DNA of 64,000 bases from Planctomycetota bacterium (GTDB lineage Bacteria; Planctomycetota; UBA8108; SXIK01). The position numbers were made by a program, and so were the translations under genes. The DNA is taken from assembly GCA_965223265.1 (NCBI GenBank), contig OZ244999.1, positions 5,376,001 through 5,440,000 on the forward strand, read 5' to 3'. Below the pieces are notes generated by a model, which saw only the letters and a list, made by a program, of their open reading frames with translations, was not told where the DNA came from and searched no databases. Below, piece after piece: positions 18,401 through 27,442 of this stretch (positions are counted from its first letter, which is position 1; every line of letters begins with the position of its first letter).

Positions 18401-19132
18401 CAGCCAGCCATAGCAGGTCACGAAGTCCTTGACGATTTCATAATTCTCATCGCCAATCAGCTGCCGCAGCTGCGTCTTCGACGTGAATTGACCGCCAGGA
18501 AGGCGACGACGCAGTCGCACGATGTCCGCGCCGCGAATCCGCTGCCCGCTCCGGTTCGGTCCTTCATAGAACGGGTTAGTGATCTTCCGGCCACCACGTT
18601 TGAGTCGCTCACTGCTATCGATCGCTTGGCCAAGGTTGTCGAGCATGCGAGCGAGCGTATCCTGACGACCGTTCAAATTGATCTGTGAGGCGCAGTCGAT
18701 CACCTTGGTGTTGATCCACTGCTCGACGCCCGAGCGGCGTGCGAACATCTCCCAGCGGCTGACGCGGCGGTTGTTCATATCGACACGGCCGTGCGCCATA
18801 GTGTCCTCATCGCGCAGACGATAAAGCCACGGATTGTCTGTGTAGACCGAGAAGCTGCGAAAGTTCTTCGCCCCCTGCAGTTCGGCGATCGCGCGGCTGA
18901 GTCCAGTTTCGAGCAGAAAGTCCATCTGCCGTGCTTCGAGGTAGTTGTCGGTAGCAGCTCGTTCCAGGCGCATGAGCTGTGCGAATGCCGTACCCAGAAC
19001 GGCCATAATCGTCAGCACGCCGAGCGCAATGATCAGCACCGCACCGCGCTCGCCGCGGTCAGAACTGCCAGAGCGGCACCGACCGTGTGAACACGGCAAC
19101 TGCGAGGAACGTTGAGAGATCCATCGCCTCAT
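15458..19132 (-). CDS. Giant PilX/GspK-like (pseudo)pilin with HhH segment and LamG-like domain
   Basis: ERG-AVLIIALGVLTIMAVLG class III-like leader, INLNG and VNLNTAPEEVL HhH-like motifs, WHHIAIDWD...IDEF LamG-like motifs. Confidence 0.65.
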   Translation of the reverse strand: MRRWISQRSSQLPCSHGRCRSGSSDRGERGAVLIIALGVLTIMAVLGTAFAQLMRLERAATDNYLEARQMDFLLETGLSRAIAELQGAKNFRSFSVYTDNPWLYRLRDEDTMAHGRVDMNNRRVSRWEMFARRSGVEQWINTKVIDCASQINLNGRQDTLARMLDNLGQAIDSSERLKRGGRKITNPFYEGPNRSGQRIRGADIVRLRRRLPGGQFTSKTQLRQLIGDENYEIVKDFVTCYGWLDSDVFGPLDGLNEVPELLGSTGGLGGSSAQQSQPPASAQPRMERQPRYPVNLNTAPEEVLIACLQGLAGRRVFPFSFLGGGAGINATMAPQVDAGAQILGRRLTAQEEVGSVLPRAIFVYSPRLEYQHAKRLAEQIIVRRKIRPFMAWRTNDQGRQGFEDFVDLLETSFFPSPTNALVIDPDQPNNQQIKRALVSGGATSPVGRLWIKGTDVGSTRGTYRQAGIGFHDQNAWYYELVKGVLKANFNPNTRINRYNPNAAVYVPVDKSDLVWAQDNFNLFKGNTTEFAFDSMGYYEITSLGQIGPISDRTAQSSTTTSSRGRGQLGMPVPFRRPFERRVRTVVQTYGVLRHTNQYHFEKTFQGVGALSSVNNRKNVVTWPEPMEALTELVTAGSVRDGRIEVAGLLDGRRMEGAYLSRPQTYRASHPSITVTNGFDSRPSQSLSRLRRVKQGGSTSLFTEEFTDALRDLFDAPFSRFGARMDKFYRRAEVLNYQAYTNEAAIPRDPLINKEVLGTDVFPDGLHSSIVRTSHIASRHLSMPARQRIDLGREESGVVKVGASGLGSRGQNTLGNVPYYRGGIGFWVKFEFNGDDPVFSGLVSSTQVVREVSQNGADFSGSEGSQFYIFKNSIGQLRVVRMYYHQAFLHSIGEGGDGVSQLYPQVIADNESNPILELLDPQKIISRTDIMVPIRHFKAHEWHHIAIDWDDQNPNLSVRLYVDFQESRAGGGPIHAQGDIGSANSWVRLNERQPKDGLHIGGFIREQGDSNYGLFKWYTNSTSAGQGRGGIVEVERNVKRFMANATIDEFIVFDGAFPGVKNYLVAQSPGYYTNRPCEYANVFDVPLPPSVDSIMLRSFDWTSYYPAMFTDSLPQQIPQPLRRSDMQIQAEVVYLPVGNSTIPGGFIEPWQLQEPVNRIAGRRAARRATGVQGDHVKVGYRFRFQAAKGVTGNTSGGSVATPVIDDVTLTYFLPTPKIHLQEEVE

Positions 19133-19669
19133 GTCAAAGCTCTCCCTGAAACCTGCTGAGGAGACTGTTACCCAGCGGTCTGGTTGTGTTCGTGGACGCG
19201 GCGTAAGTCACGGTCGCTTCCGAATGTCTTCCGAATGTCTTCTGGCTCACGAGCGAATTGTCTGCCGGGCATTCTGCATCAAAGACAGACGTGGCGGTCG
19301 CTCTGTTGCATCAAACGCTCCGCTCAACGGCCCGGCTGGAACGGTTGATATAGTAACAGTTGGACGAACTCCTCCGTCGTCAATCCCTCGCTCAGCCCGG
19401 AAACAGTCACGCATTCTTTAAACGCACTTCTCATTCTGCCGCTCATTTGCCATTCGTCCTGCACTCGCTCATTCGCACCCAACGCGGCCTCGTCGTGCCC
19501 GTCGCAGATCGCCAACTCGTGACGCGGACATAACATGTGACGAGACCCTGAGCCGGAAGCCCTCAGTTTAGCACACCAGCATAAGTTCCCCAACGGGCTT
19601 CGGGGACGGTCGCAGACTTCTTGCAGCAGTTTTAGGGTAGGCTCGGGACGGCGCGGCCGATCCTGGGCC

Positions 19670-20794
19670 TCAGTTAGACTCAGGCGAAGCCCCGCCTTCA
19701 CTCACGACGAGGCCGAGCTTGGTCCGCACCTCACGATCCAGTTTCTCCAGAAGTGGTGGGTTTTCGTCCAAAAACTGCACCGAACGGTCACGCCCTTGGC
19801 CGAGGCGAACCTCGCCGTAGGAATGCCACGTACCACTCCGCGCCACGACGTCGTTTTCGACCGCAAGGTCAAGCAGATCACCGATATACGACACGCCTTG
19901 GTTGAAAAGGATGTCGAACTCTGCCTGTCGAAACGGCGGTGCCACCTTGTTCTTGACGACTTTGACACGGGTCCGGTTACCACGCACGCGATCGCCCTCT
20001 TTGAGCGCGGCAATGCGCCGGATATCAAAACGCATGGAGGAGTAAAACTTGAGGGCTCGACCGCCGGTCGTGGTCTCAGGGCTACCAAACATCACACCGA
20101 TCTTTTCACGGATCTGGTTGATGAAAATCAGGCACGTCTGGGATTTGTTGACGATCGCGGTGAGCTTGCGCATGGCCTGCGACATGAGCCGAGCGTGCAA
20201 ACCGACATGCGAGTCACCGATCTCGCCTTCGAGCTCCGCACGCGGCACGAGAGCTGCAACCGAATCGACGACGACGACGCTAATGGCGTTTGAAGAGATG
20301 AGCATCTCGGCAATCTCAAGCGCCTGCTCTCCCGAGTCCGGCTGCGAGACGAGAAGCGTGTCGAGGTTCACCCCAAGCCGTTTCGCGTAAGCTGGGTCGA
20401 GAGCGTGCTCGGCATCGATGAACGCGGCGTTGCCCCCAGCGCGCTGGGCATTGGCAACGATGTGCAGAGTCAAAGTGGTCTTGCCGGAAGACTCCGGTCC
20501 GAAGATCTCAACGATGCGCCCCTGCGGCACACCACCGACGCCCGTCGCAACATCGAGAGACGGTGAACCGGTCGAAATGACCGGTACGTTCGCCTTGTAG
20601 TCAGCACCCAGGTACATGATCGAGCCCTGACCACAGCGCTTCTGGATCTGCCCCAAGGTGAACTCAAGAGCCTGGTTTTGCTGCTTGTCATCATCTGCAG
20701 CCCGGCCCTTTGTCGCCCGTGTGCCGTTGCTGCGGCTGCGGGACGTGGTCTCAGCCGACGCTCGTGAGCTGGTGGACGTTTTCATTTTTCCCAT
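19670..20794 (-). CDS. recA: Recombinase RecA
   Basis: [40 protein letters not shown]. Confidence 0.98.
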   Translation of the reverse strand: MGKMKTSTSSRASAETTSRSRSNGTRATKGRAADDDKQQNQALEFTLGQIQKRCGQGSIMYLGADYKANVPVISTGSPSLDVATGVGGVPQGRIVEIFGPESSGKTTLTLHIVANAQRAGGNAAFIDAEHALDPAYAKRLGVNLDTLLVSQPDSGEQALEIAEMLISSNAISVVVVDSVAALVPRAELEGEIGDSHVGLHARLMSQAMRKLTAIVNKSQTCLIFINQIREKIGVMFGSPETTTGGRALKFYSSMRFDIRRIAALKEGDRVRGNRTRVKVVKNKVAPPFRQAEFDILFNQGVSYIGDLLDLAVENDVVARSGTWHSYGEVRLGQGRDRSVQFLDENPPLLEKLDREVRTKLGLVVSEGGASPESN

Positions 20795-20926
20795 GCGGAT
20801 TCACTTCCTTTCTTGGCTCAACGGCCTTTCTTGGCTCAACCGCTTCGCAAAAACTTTTTTACTTCAACGACGTTGACTCTTTCTCGCACGTGCTGGCGTG
20901 CGACCTCTTGCACCGTGACTTCGCCT

Positions 20927-21322
20927 CTACTCTTCACCGCCCCGAAGCCGCTCTCGCACTTCGAGGTCGATCGCCCGCCGCTCCGCAGCAGTGATCTCGT
21001 CTTGTTCACGCTGCAGTGACTTGTAGTACGCATCGATCTCGCGCTCGGTCCGGCCTGGAAAGTTCCCCAGCCGGTCAGCGAGAGAGTAAGAGATCTCCTG
21101 GCGCTGAACGAGCTGCCGTTTGTAGCTCAGCGCTTCCATTTCCGACAACCGCCGGTCCTTGTCGTTACAGCCCGTCACCGCAGACACGGCGACACCGATC
21201 AGCAGCGCGGAAGCGACAAACCGGCGAGCCCAAAAACAGACGCCCCGATCACGACGCGACTTGCGACGAGGCGCAGTACCGCTGCAGGTGGTCTCGACAA
21301 CAACACGACGTTCGGCAGCCAT
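20927..21322 (-). CDS. Hypothetical lipoprotein with coiled coil (start uncertain)
   Basis: Hydrophobic stretch ending VTGC lipobox followed by charged helix. Confidence 0.55.
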   Translation of the reverse strand: MAAERRVVVETTCSGTAPRRKSRRDRGVCFWARRFVASALLIGVAVSAVTGCNDKDRRLSEMEALSYKRQLVQRQEISYSLADRLGNFPGRTEREIDAYYKSLQREQDEITAAERRAIDLEVRERLRGGEE

Positions 21323-21671
21323 TCGCTCAGCTGCCAGGCATTCGGTGTAGAAAGAGGATCTCATGTGACGAGGAAAGCCTCGGGATGAACAGTGGAGAAA
21401 GGGCGGAAGAACTCCAGCCAGCGCAGCGGTTCTGCCGACCGACATGGACGCAACGAGACAGACACAACACCGATGGCATGCGCGCCGCGGCTTCCCAAAA
21501 CGAACGCGCCTTCAAACGCTGAACGTCAGACGACGAACGCCAGAAGACTCTGCGGAAAGGGTTGCCTTGTCCTGGTAAGAGGTCCACCCATACCCGACCC
21601 TTACCAGGTGACTGCAAGACGTGAAATACCGACTTGAACGGTCATTGTAGAAGGCGACTTCGACGCATCAA

Positions 21672-21708
21672 GGAAAAAGGGTTCACGACGAACGTCGCAA
21701 ACCCTTTG
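21672..21708 (-). terminator. Rho-independent terminator after tRNA-Ile2
   Basis: aaagggtttgcgacg-ttc-gtcgtgaaccctttttcc on minus strand. Confidence 0.65.
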
Positions 21709-21717
21709 GCGTCATCT

Positions 21718-21794
21718 TGGTGGGCCCAGCAGGACTCGAACCTGCGACCCGGAGATTATGAGTCCCCTGCTCTAACCAACTGAGCTATAGGCCC
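21718..21794 (-). tRNA. tRNA-Ile2(CAU), lysidine type
   Basis: gggcctatagctcagttggttagagcagggga-ctcataa; Ile-type acceptor stem, CCA. Confidence 0.88.
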
Positions 21795-21919
21795 CCAGCC
21801 GGCGCCTATCATGCCCGCAATGCCGCCCGGAGTGAAGAGGGGGCCCGCTGGCGCAATATCGGTGCGGCATGACCCGGTCGCGGCAGGTGCAGGAACCGTT
21901 CTCTGCCGGCAGCGGCACA

Positions 21920-22393
21920 TCAGATGCCCTGAGGCCGCACCTTGTCTAGAATCTCACGGGCGATCGCTTGTTCTTCAAGCGGCAACCGCTGCAGCGGCTT
22001 CCAGCGCTCGACTCCCATGAACTGATTGCGGCTCTGATACACCGTGCCTGGGTCGCCGCTGTGGGGTGGCTGCCCCCACTCGACGTACTCGGTTACCGTC
22101 ACGCGCGGCTCAAAAGCGCCGGTGAAGTTCGGCCTGACGGCAATCGATATCTGCTTGCGGCTTTTCGCGGTGCCGTTCAGCTCGACCTCCGTCAAAGCGT
22201 ACAGCTGCGCGTACCGCTCGGTCGACGAACTCATCGCATAGCGCTGCGACAAAACCTCGCGTGCTGCCGCGAAAACCTGGTCTCGATGAGGCGCAGTCTC
22301 GGGCAGCGTCGACTGACACCCGGTCGCGGCCACCATCGAGAGAACAGCCGCTGAGACGATCGCCGCACCTGCACTAGTGGAGAAACGGGTCAT
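21920..22393 (-). CDS. Hypothetical lipoprotein
   Basis: MTRFSTSAG...VAATGC lipobox; RBS ggaagga. Confidence 0.7.
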   Translation of the reverse strand: MTRFSTSAGAAIVSAAVLSMVAATGCQSTLPETAPHRDQVFAAAREVLSQRYAMSSSTERYAQLYALTEVELNGTAKSRKQISIAVRPNFTGAFEPRVTVTEYVEWGQPPHSGDPGTVYQSRNQFMGVERWKPLQRLPLEEQAIAREILDKVRPQGI

Positions 22394-22752
22394 GCGAGAT
22401 AATCCTTCCATCGTGTGAGACCGACCGCAGAGCGCGCCTCGTGCCCGCAACCGAATCGCTGCCGACCGACGAACGCTCTTGGCGCCCACCGATCCAGTTG
22501 GCGATGAGACTTCCGCTCCAAAGTTGAGGTTCAACTCTCTTCGGCGACTTCTCATCCTAAACGCGGACGAAAACAGCCTCAAGAAAAACCAAACCGTGCG
22601 GCGCCACCCGAACACTGGGCTCACAAACTGGCGACAGTCCCAAGCGAGCGCCCGCGCGGTCCGCCCATGGGCAAGGCACACACCCGAGTGCGACTCAACG
22701 CGAGATCACGCCTGGAGCCCACCAGGAGAGATCGTAGGAGCGTCTCTGTACC

Positions 22753-23115
22753 TTATGGGGCAGACGAGTCGCCGCTGACTTCCGGGCTGGGAACCTGCAC
22801 CCCAGAAGATTCGCCCGCGCCGTCGTCGTCTTCGCGCTGAATCTTCTTCTTCATGAGACGACCGACTTTGAACTTAACTGTCGTCTTCTCAGGAACTTGA
22901 ACCTTGTCACCGGTGCGCGGATTGCGCGCCACACGCTGCGCCTTTGACTTCGGCTCGAAGACACCGAAGTCTCTGAACTCGAGACGATTGCCGTTGGCAA
23001 GCTCGTTGATGATCTCGTCGAGGAAGCTCTGGATCACCTCTTTTGCACTCACCTGCTGCACGCCCGTCTTCTCGGCGATTCGCTGCACCAGCTCACGTTT
23101 CGTTATGGTTTGCAT
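22753..23115 (-). CDS. HU/IHF family DNA-binding protein
   Basis: ITKRELV, RLEFRDFGVFE, ARNPRTGDKVQVP, KFKVG. Confidence 0.93.
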   Translation of the reverse strand: MQTITKRELVQRIAEKTGVQQVSAKEVIQSFLDEIINELANGNRLEFRDFGVFEPKSKAQRVARNPRTGDKVQVPEKTTVKFKVGRLMKKKIQREDDDGAGESSGVQVPSPEVSGDSSAP

Positions 23116-23514
23116 CCGACGACTCCTTGAGTACCCGACTCAACGCGGCAGACGAACGACTTGTTCGGCCCCTGCTCGCCCGGTCGAGCTCCATAGAGTA
23201 TTACCTCTATTTCAGTTACGTCTCAAGCGAAGATATCCCAATCATGCGGCCGAGACAAGCGCCGATCTTTTGAAAACAGGCACAACTCGTTTCCGTAGAA
23301 AGGGTTAAAGCCTGCAACAAAGACGCCACAGAGACCACCTTCGCGGCCTCATCGGCAGCGTTTACCGGCCCCCTTCGGCTAGAGGCTTAGGCGCTTTTGG
23401 GTCCAGGACTTATGGCCCTCGTTCAGAAAAAAGGGGGCACCGCCGATAGCACCAGGAAGCGCGCAAGGGTTGGGGAATCATTTGCGCCGGTCTGACCGCG
23501 GAGGAGGGTCAACA

Positions 23515-23703
23515 ATGCTGAGCACGCTCTCAACGGAAGAATTCCAATTCATCAAGGCGATCGAGAAGTACAAAGCAGAGAACAGTAAGACGTTCCTGTC
23601 GTGGTCCGAAGTTCTCAAGATCGTGAAAGACCTGGGCTATCGCCAGCAAGCGCAGCGATCGGCCCCTGAGCCCAAAAAAGGAAGCGGCGGCAGCAGCAGC
23701 TGA
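23515..23703 (+). CDS. Small helical hypothetical protein
   Basis: RBS ggaggag; EFQFIKAIEKYK...WSEVLKIVKDLGY resembles small planctomycete proteins as I recall them. Confidence 0.7.
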   Translation: MLSTLSTEEFQFIKAIEKYKAENSKTFLSWSEVLKIVKDLGYRQQAQRSAPEPKKGSGGSSS

Positions 23704-23719
23704 CACCGAGCGACCGAAT

Positions 23720-25078
23720 TCAGCCGCCGCTGGCTGCAGGGGCGACGCCCTCGTCGTCGCCTGCGGACATCCCCGCATCGTCAACGGCCGGGCCTGGCGC
23801 CGCTTGGCCACTAGCGCGCTGCTCTTCGATCAGCGCCCACCACTCGTCCTGAAGAGCTCCTAGGCTCTTGCCGTAGGTGTTTTCAAACGCCTTGGAGAGC
23901 GACTCTTGCGACTTCAGCTCGTCCAGCAGTAGACGTAGTCGGAAAAGATGATAGCGCTGCTGCAAGTAAACGACGAACCCAAGACCATGAAGGTAGATCG
24001 AACGCACGAGTTCCTCGTCCTCGATCGCCGCCAAACGTACCGGCAGCTGCTCGAAGTGAAGGCGCTGCACCGTTTTGAGACGCCGTGCAATCTCCTCTGA
24101 GGCGGGGGCCTCGCCGAGCAGCTGGGCCAGGCCTTCGTTCAGCCAACCGGGACACAGCGGCGCGATTTCGCGCACGTGCGCGTGCGTCAGCTCATGGCGC
24201 AGCGCACGCTCGATGTGGTCAAGCTCCTGCGGCGACGGAGTGCCGACGGGAACCGGCAGCTTGACTTGCCCATCATAGCGGCCGCCAACCCAGTGCTTCG
24301 CACCGATCGCGGCGTGAAAATCCGCGTCCGGTAAGAGGACGACGACGACGTTCGCTCTCGACCGATGCGCCAACGCCTGGCGCACATGAGCCCCGGCCCG
24401 CCGCACCATACGGCGGTAGCGAGTGAGCTGCTCGCTGTCGATCCGAGTGTCGCTGAAGAGAACGAAACCATCGAGCAGCGTCCGCTTCTGATCCGGTGAG
24501 TGGGCACGTTCGTTCTCCCACCTCTCCAAAAGCTTCTTCGCCTCGACATCACGAGGGTCGCGCTGATGCGCCTCCCGCAGAAGCTGGAGAGCGCGCTCCA
24601 CCTCCCCAGCTCGATAGGCGATGACGGCGAGGATCTTGTAGGCTACGGCTTGGCCTGGATCGAGCTCGATCGCGCGCGTCAGCTCCTCGCGCGCAGACTG
24701 GTCTTCAGCACGCAAGAACGCGACCATTCCCAGCCCGACGTGAACCAGCGGGTCCAGCGCGTCCTGTTTAGCACGCTGAAGAATTCGCTGTGCCTGCCGA
24801 ACCTCACCGACATCGAGCATCTGCATGGCCAGCGCGCTGCGTATTCGAGCCAATACACGCCGGATGTGCGGGCGCTCGGAAGCGGCGGCGCGCTCCAGAG
24901 CTGTTTCGTAAGCCGCGAGCGCCTCGGAAAACTGCCGCCGTTCGTAAAACGCCGCGCCGCGCTTCTCGAGGTCGCCGACCGTGGGCTCTTCGGCCTGGGT
25001 GCTTCGTGTCAGTGCGGCACTCAGCACGAGGCAGCCAGCTGCAGAAACGAAGAGAGCGCGTCGCCAGAGCCGATCCAT
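23720..25078 (-). CDS. TPR-repeat protein with zincin (peptidase MA-like) domain
   Basis: Signal peptide, TPR helices, HELTH and WLNEGLA motifs. Confidence 0.8.
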   Translation of the reverse strand: MDRLWRRALFVSAAGCLVLSAALTRSTQAEEPTVGDLEKRGAAFYERRQFSEALAAYETALERAAASERPHIRRVLARIRSALAMQMLDVGEVRQAQRILQRAKQDALDPLVHVGLGMVAFLRAEDQSAREELTRAIELDPGQAVAYKILAVIAYRAGEVERALQLLREAHQRDPRDVEAKKLLERWENERAHSPDQKRTLLDGFVLFSDTRIDSEQLTRYRRMVRRAGAHVRQALAHRSRANVVVVLLPDADFHAAIGAKHWVGGRYDGQVKLPVPVGTPSPQELDHIERALRHELTHAHVREIAPLCPGWLNEGLAQLLGEAPASEEIARRLKTVQRLHFEQLPVRLAAIEDEELVRSIYLHGLGFVVYLQQRYHLFRLRLLLDELKSQESLSKAFENTYGKSLGALQDEWWALIEEQRASGQAAPGPAVDDAGMSAGDDEGVAPAASGG

Positions 25079-25091
25079 GCATGCGGCGGCG

Positions 25092-25865
25092 TCAACGCGC
25101 CCGGGTGAGCTCAAGAACCTCCGCCCCCAGTTTGCGAAAATCCTCCGCGCCGCGCGATTCGGGAGCATACTCAAAGATCGTCTTCCCATGGCTCGAAGCC
25201 TCGGCCAGCTTGACGTTCGTGTGAATGATCGAGTCAAACACCTTGGCCTCGAAGAATCGCCGTATGTCCGCCAGCACTTCGCGGCTCAGGATGGTCCGCA
25301 TATCGTAAAGTGTGGGGATCACGCCGGTGATCTCAAGTGGCATTCCAAGGTGGGATCTGACCTTCTCCACGAACTCAAGCAGTCCGCTCGTACCCTGCAG
25401 CGCGAAAAACTCCGTCTGTAGAGGGACGAAAACTTCCTCCGCGGCTGTCAAGGCGTTGAGAGACAGGAGGCCAAGCGATGGCGGGCAGTCGAAGAGTACG
25501 AAGTCATAGGAGCGGGACTCAAGCAGCGGCGCCATGGCGCGCTGCAGAACCGACTCGCGCCCGATGGCGTTGACCAGTTCGATCTCCGCTCCCGAGAGGT
25601 CGATGTTCGAGGGCATGACCGAGAGATGGGGGCGCAGGTCGAAGCATGTCGCCGCCTCAGCGGTCGATCGCCCCGTGAGTACGGTGTACACACTGTTTTC
25701 GAGTTCGTAAACGTTCACGTTGAGATGGATACTCAGGTTCGCTTGAGGATCCATGTCGACAAGTAGAACGTCTCTCCCTTCGAGAGCCAGAGCAGCCCCG
25801 AGGTTGACAGCGCACGTCGTCTTACCAACGCCGCCCTTCTGATTCATGAACGCGATGCGACGCAG
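25092..25865 (-). CDS. parA: ParA/Soj family ATPase, probable CTG start
   Basis: NQKGGVGKTT, DMDPQAN, DCPPSLG; GGAGGA 7 nt before in-frame CTG giving (M)RRIAFMNQKGG. Confidence 0.9.
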   Translation of the reverse strand: MRRIAFMNQKGGVGKTTCAVNLGAALALEGRDVLLVDMDPQANLSIHLNVNVYELENSVYTVLTGRSTAEAATCFDLRPHLSVMPSNIDLSGAEIELVNAIGRESVLQRAMAPLLESRSYDFVLFDCPPSLGLLSLNALTAAEEVFVPLQTEFFALQGTSGLLEFVEKVRSHLGMPLEITGVIPTLYDMRTILSREVLADIRRFFEAKVFDSIIHTNVKLAEASSHGKTIFEYAPESRGAEDFRKLGAEVLELTRAR

Positions 25866-26347
25866 GGCCTCGTCCTCCAGTAGTGGATCGCTGCAATGTC
25901 CGAGAGCGCCGACGCACGCAATAGGCTGCCGGACTACGGGAAGGTCTCAAAGTGAGACTCCCGGCGTCCTACCTTGACGTGATCGCAGCTCGGGTTCAAC
26001 AGTGAGCCCGAAAAGTGTGTCGTGGTGACACAGGCTCGCGGCGAGCGGCCGGCAAGAGATCACGGCAAGAAGTTGGCTGGCTTGGCGGCCTGGCCGCGAG
26101 TTCTGGCCATTTCGAATCGCGCCTGGAATACAGGGAAGACAGGAGGCGTCGAGGCCAGGGAGCGACCCGGGCGCGATCCTGTGCGCGATCGTGGCGGAGA
26201 GGCGAGGCGGGGCGTCGACCTTCCTGGCGCTCGCCGGCGCGCCGGGAAAAGCTTGCTCAACGTGCAAAGGACTTCTCGGCCACGCTTTCACTGCACGGAT
26301 CCACTGCATTCACTGCACGGATTCACTGCACAGGCCGGCCGGTAAGT

Positions 26348-27442
26348 TCACGAGCGATCAGCTCCGTCGACCGCAGCACGCCGAAAATGGTCCCAACCGC
26401 GACGCGGTTGCAGCCGCACGCTACGGCCGCCTTGCTGCCGTAGACGAATTCCCGCCGCGCCGGTAACCGTCCCTATTTGCCGCAGCGCGACACCAAAACG
26501 ACGCTCGAAACGACGCACGATCGACGTGCTCAGGCTGCCTGGGGCGGTCATGAAGCACAGCTCGTACGCTTCCCCGCCGAAGAGCAAGAAACTGACCGGG
26601 TCTTCATTCAGGGCGCGCGCTGCGGACTCCAGCCGAGCGCCACCAGTCCACGACGCCGGGTCGAGCTCCACCCCGAGCTGGCCGCTTCGGGCGGCACGAC
26701 TCTCCGAGATAATGTGGTCGACATCCGCGACCAAACCATCGCTCACGTCGATCATGGCACGGGGCTTAGCATTTCGACGCAGAAACAGCGCCTCTGCGAC
26801 GCGGGCGCAGGGACGCCGGTAAGCCGCAACCGCGGCGCGAAGCGACGACGGCGGTGCCGGCAACTTGCGGCCGGGCTCTTCAGGCTCGGCGCGCCGAAGC
26901 CACTCGACGCCAGCGGCGGCAAGCCCCGGCTCACCCGTCACCCACACCTCGTCGCCCTCACGAGCGCCCGCGCGTTTCACGAGAACGCCCGCTTTCCCTT
27001 CACCTAACGCTGTCACATGGAGAGCCAGGGGGCCCCCACTCAGGTTGCCCCCGATGACGGCTGCACCGTAGTCGTCCGCCGCCCGCTGCACGCCGGATTG
27101 AATCTGACGAAACTCTCGCGTCGGAGCACCAACGGGGAGCGTCATCGAAACCAACACCGCGCGGGGCTCGGCTGCCATCGCCGCTAGATCGCTCACCGCA
27201 ACCGCAACCGCTCGGCGACCCAGCTGAGCGAGAGAGAGCCAGCGCCGCCGAAAGTGGATGCCCTCACACTGTGCGTCGACCGTCGCCACCACGGCCGTGC
27301 CGGGGTGCGGCCGCCACGCGGCAGCGTCGTCGCCGATGGCGATCGGAAAGCGTCGGCCGCCAGTGGCGGGAGCCCGATCGCGTGCCCATTCGATCCAGGC
27401 GAATTCTTGGCGCCCGCCGCCGCGCCGCGATCGCGCGCTCAC
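26348..27442 (-). CDS. thiL: Thiamine-monophosphate kinase
   Basis: IGDDAA, VSDLAAM, MIDVSDGL, GGEAYEL. Confidence 0.9.
   Translation of the reverse strand: MSARSRRGGGRQEFAWIEWARDRAPATGGRRFPIAIGDDAAAWRPHPGTAVVATVDAQCEGIHFRRRWLSLAQLGRRAVAVAVSDLAAMAAEPRAVLVSMTLPVGAPTREFRQIQSGVQRAADDYGAAVIGGNLSGGPLALHVTALGEGKAGVLVKRAGAREGDEVWVTGEPGLAAAGVEWLRRAEPEEPGRKLPAPPSSLRAAVAAYRRPCARVAEALFLRRNAKPRAMIDVSDGLVADVDHIISESRAARSGQLGVELDPASWTGGARLESAARALNEDPVSFLLFGGEAYELCFMTAPGSLSTSIVRRFERRFGVALRQIGTVTGAAGIRLRQQGGRSVRLQPRRGWDHFRRAAVDGADRS

Noticed and set aside
21718-21794. tRNA-Met and possible integration site
   Set aside because: Body matches Ile2(CAU); no integrase or duplicated 3' end seen
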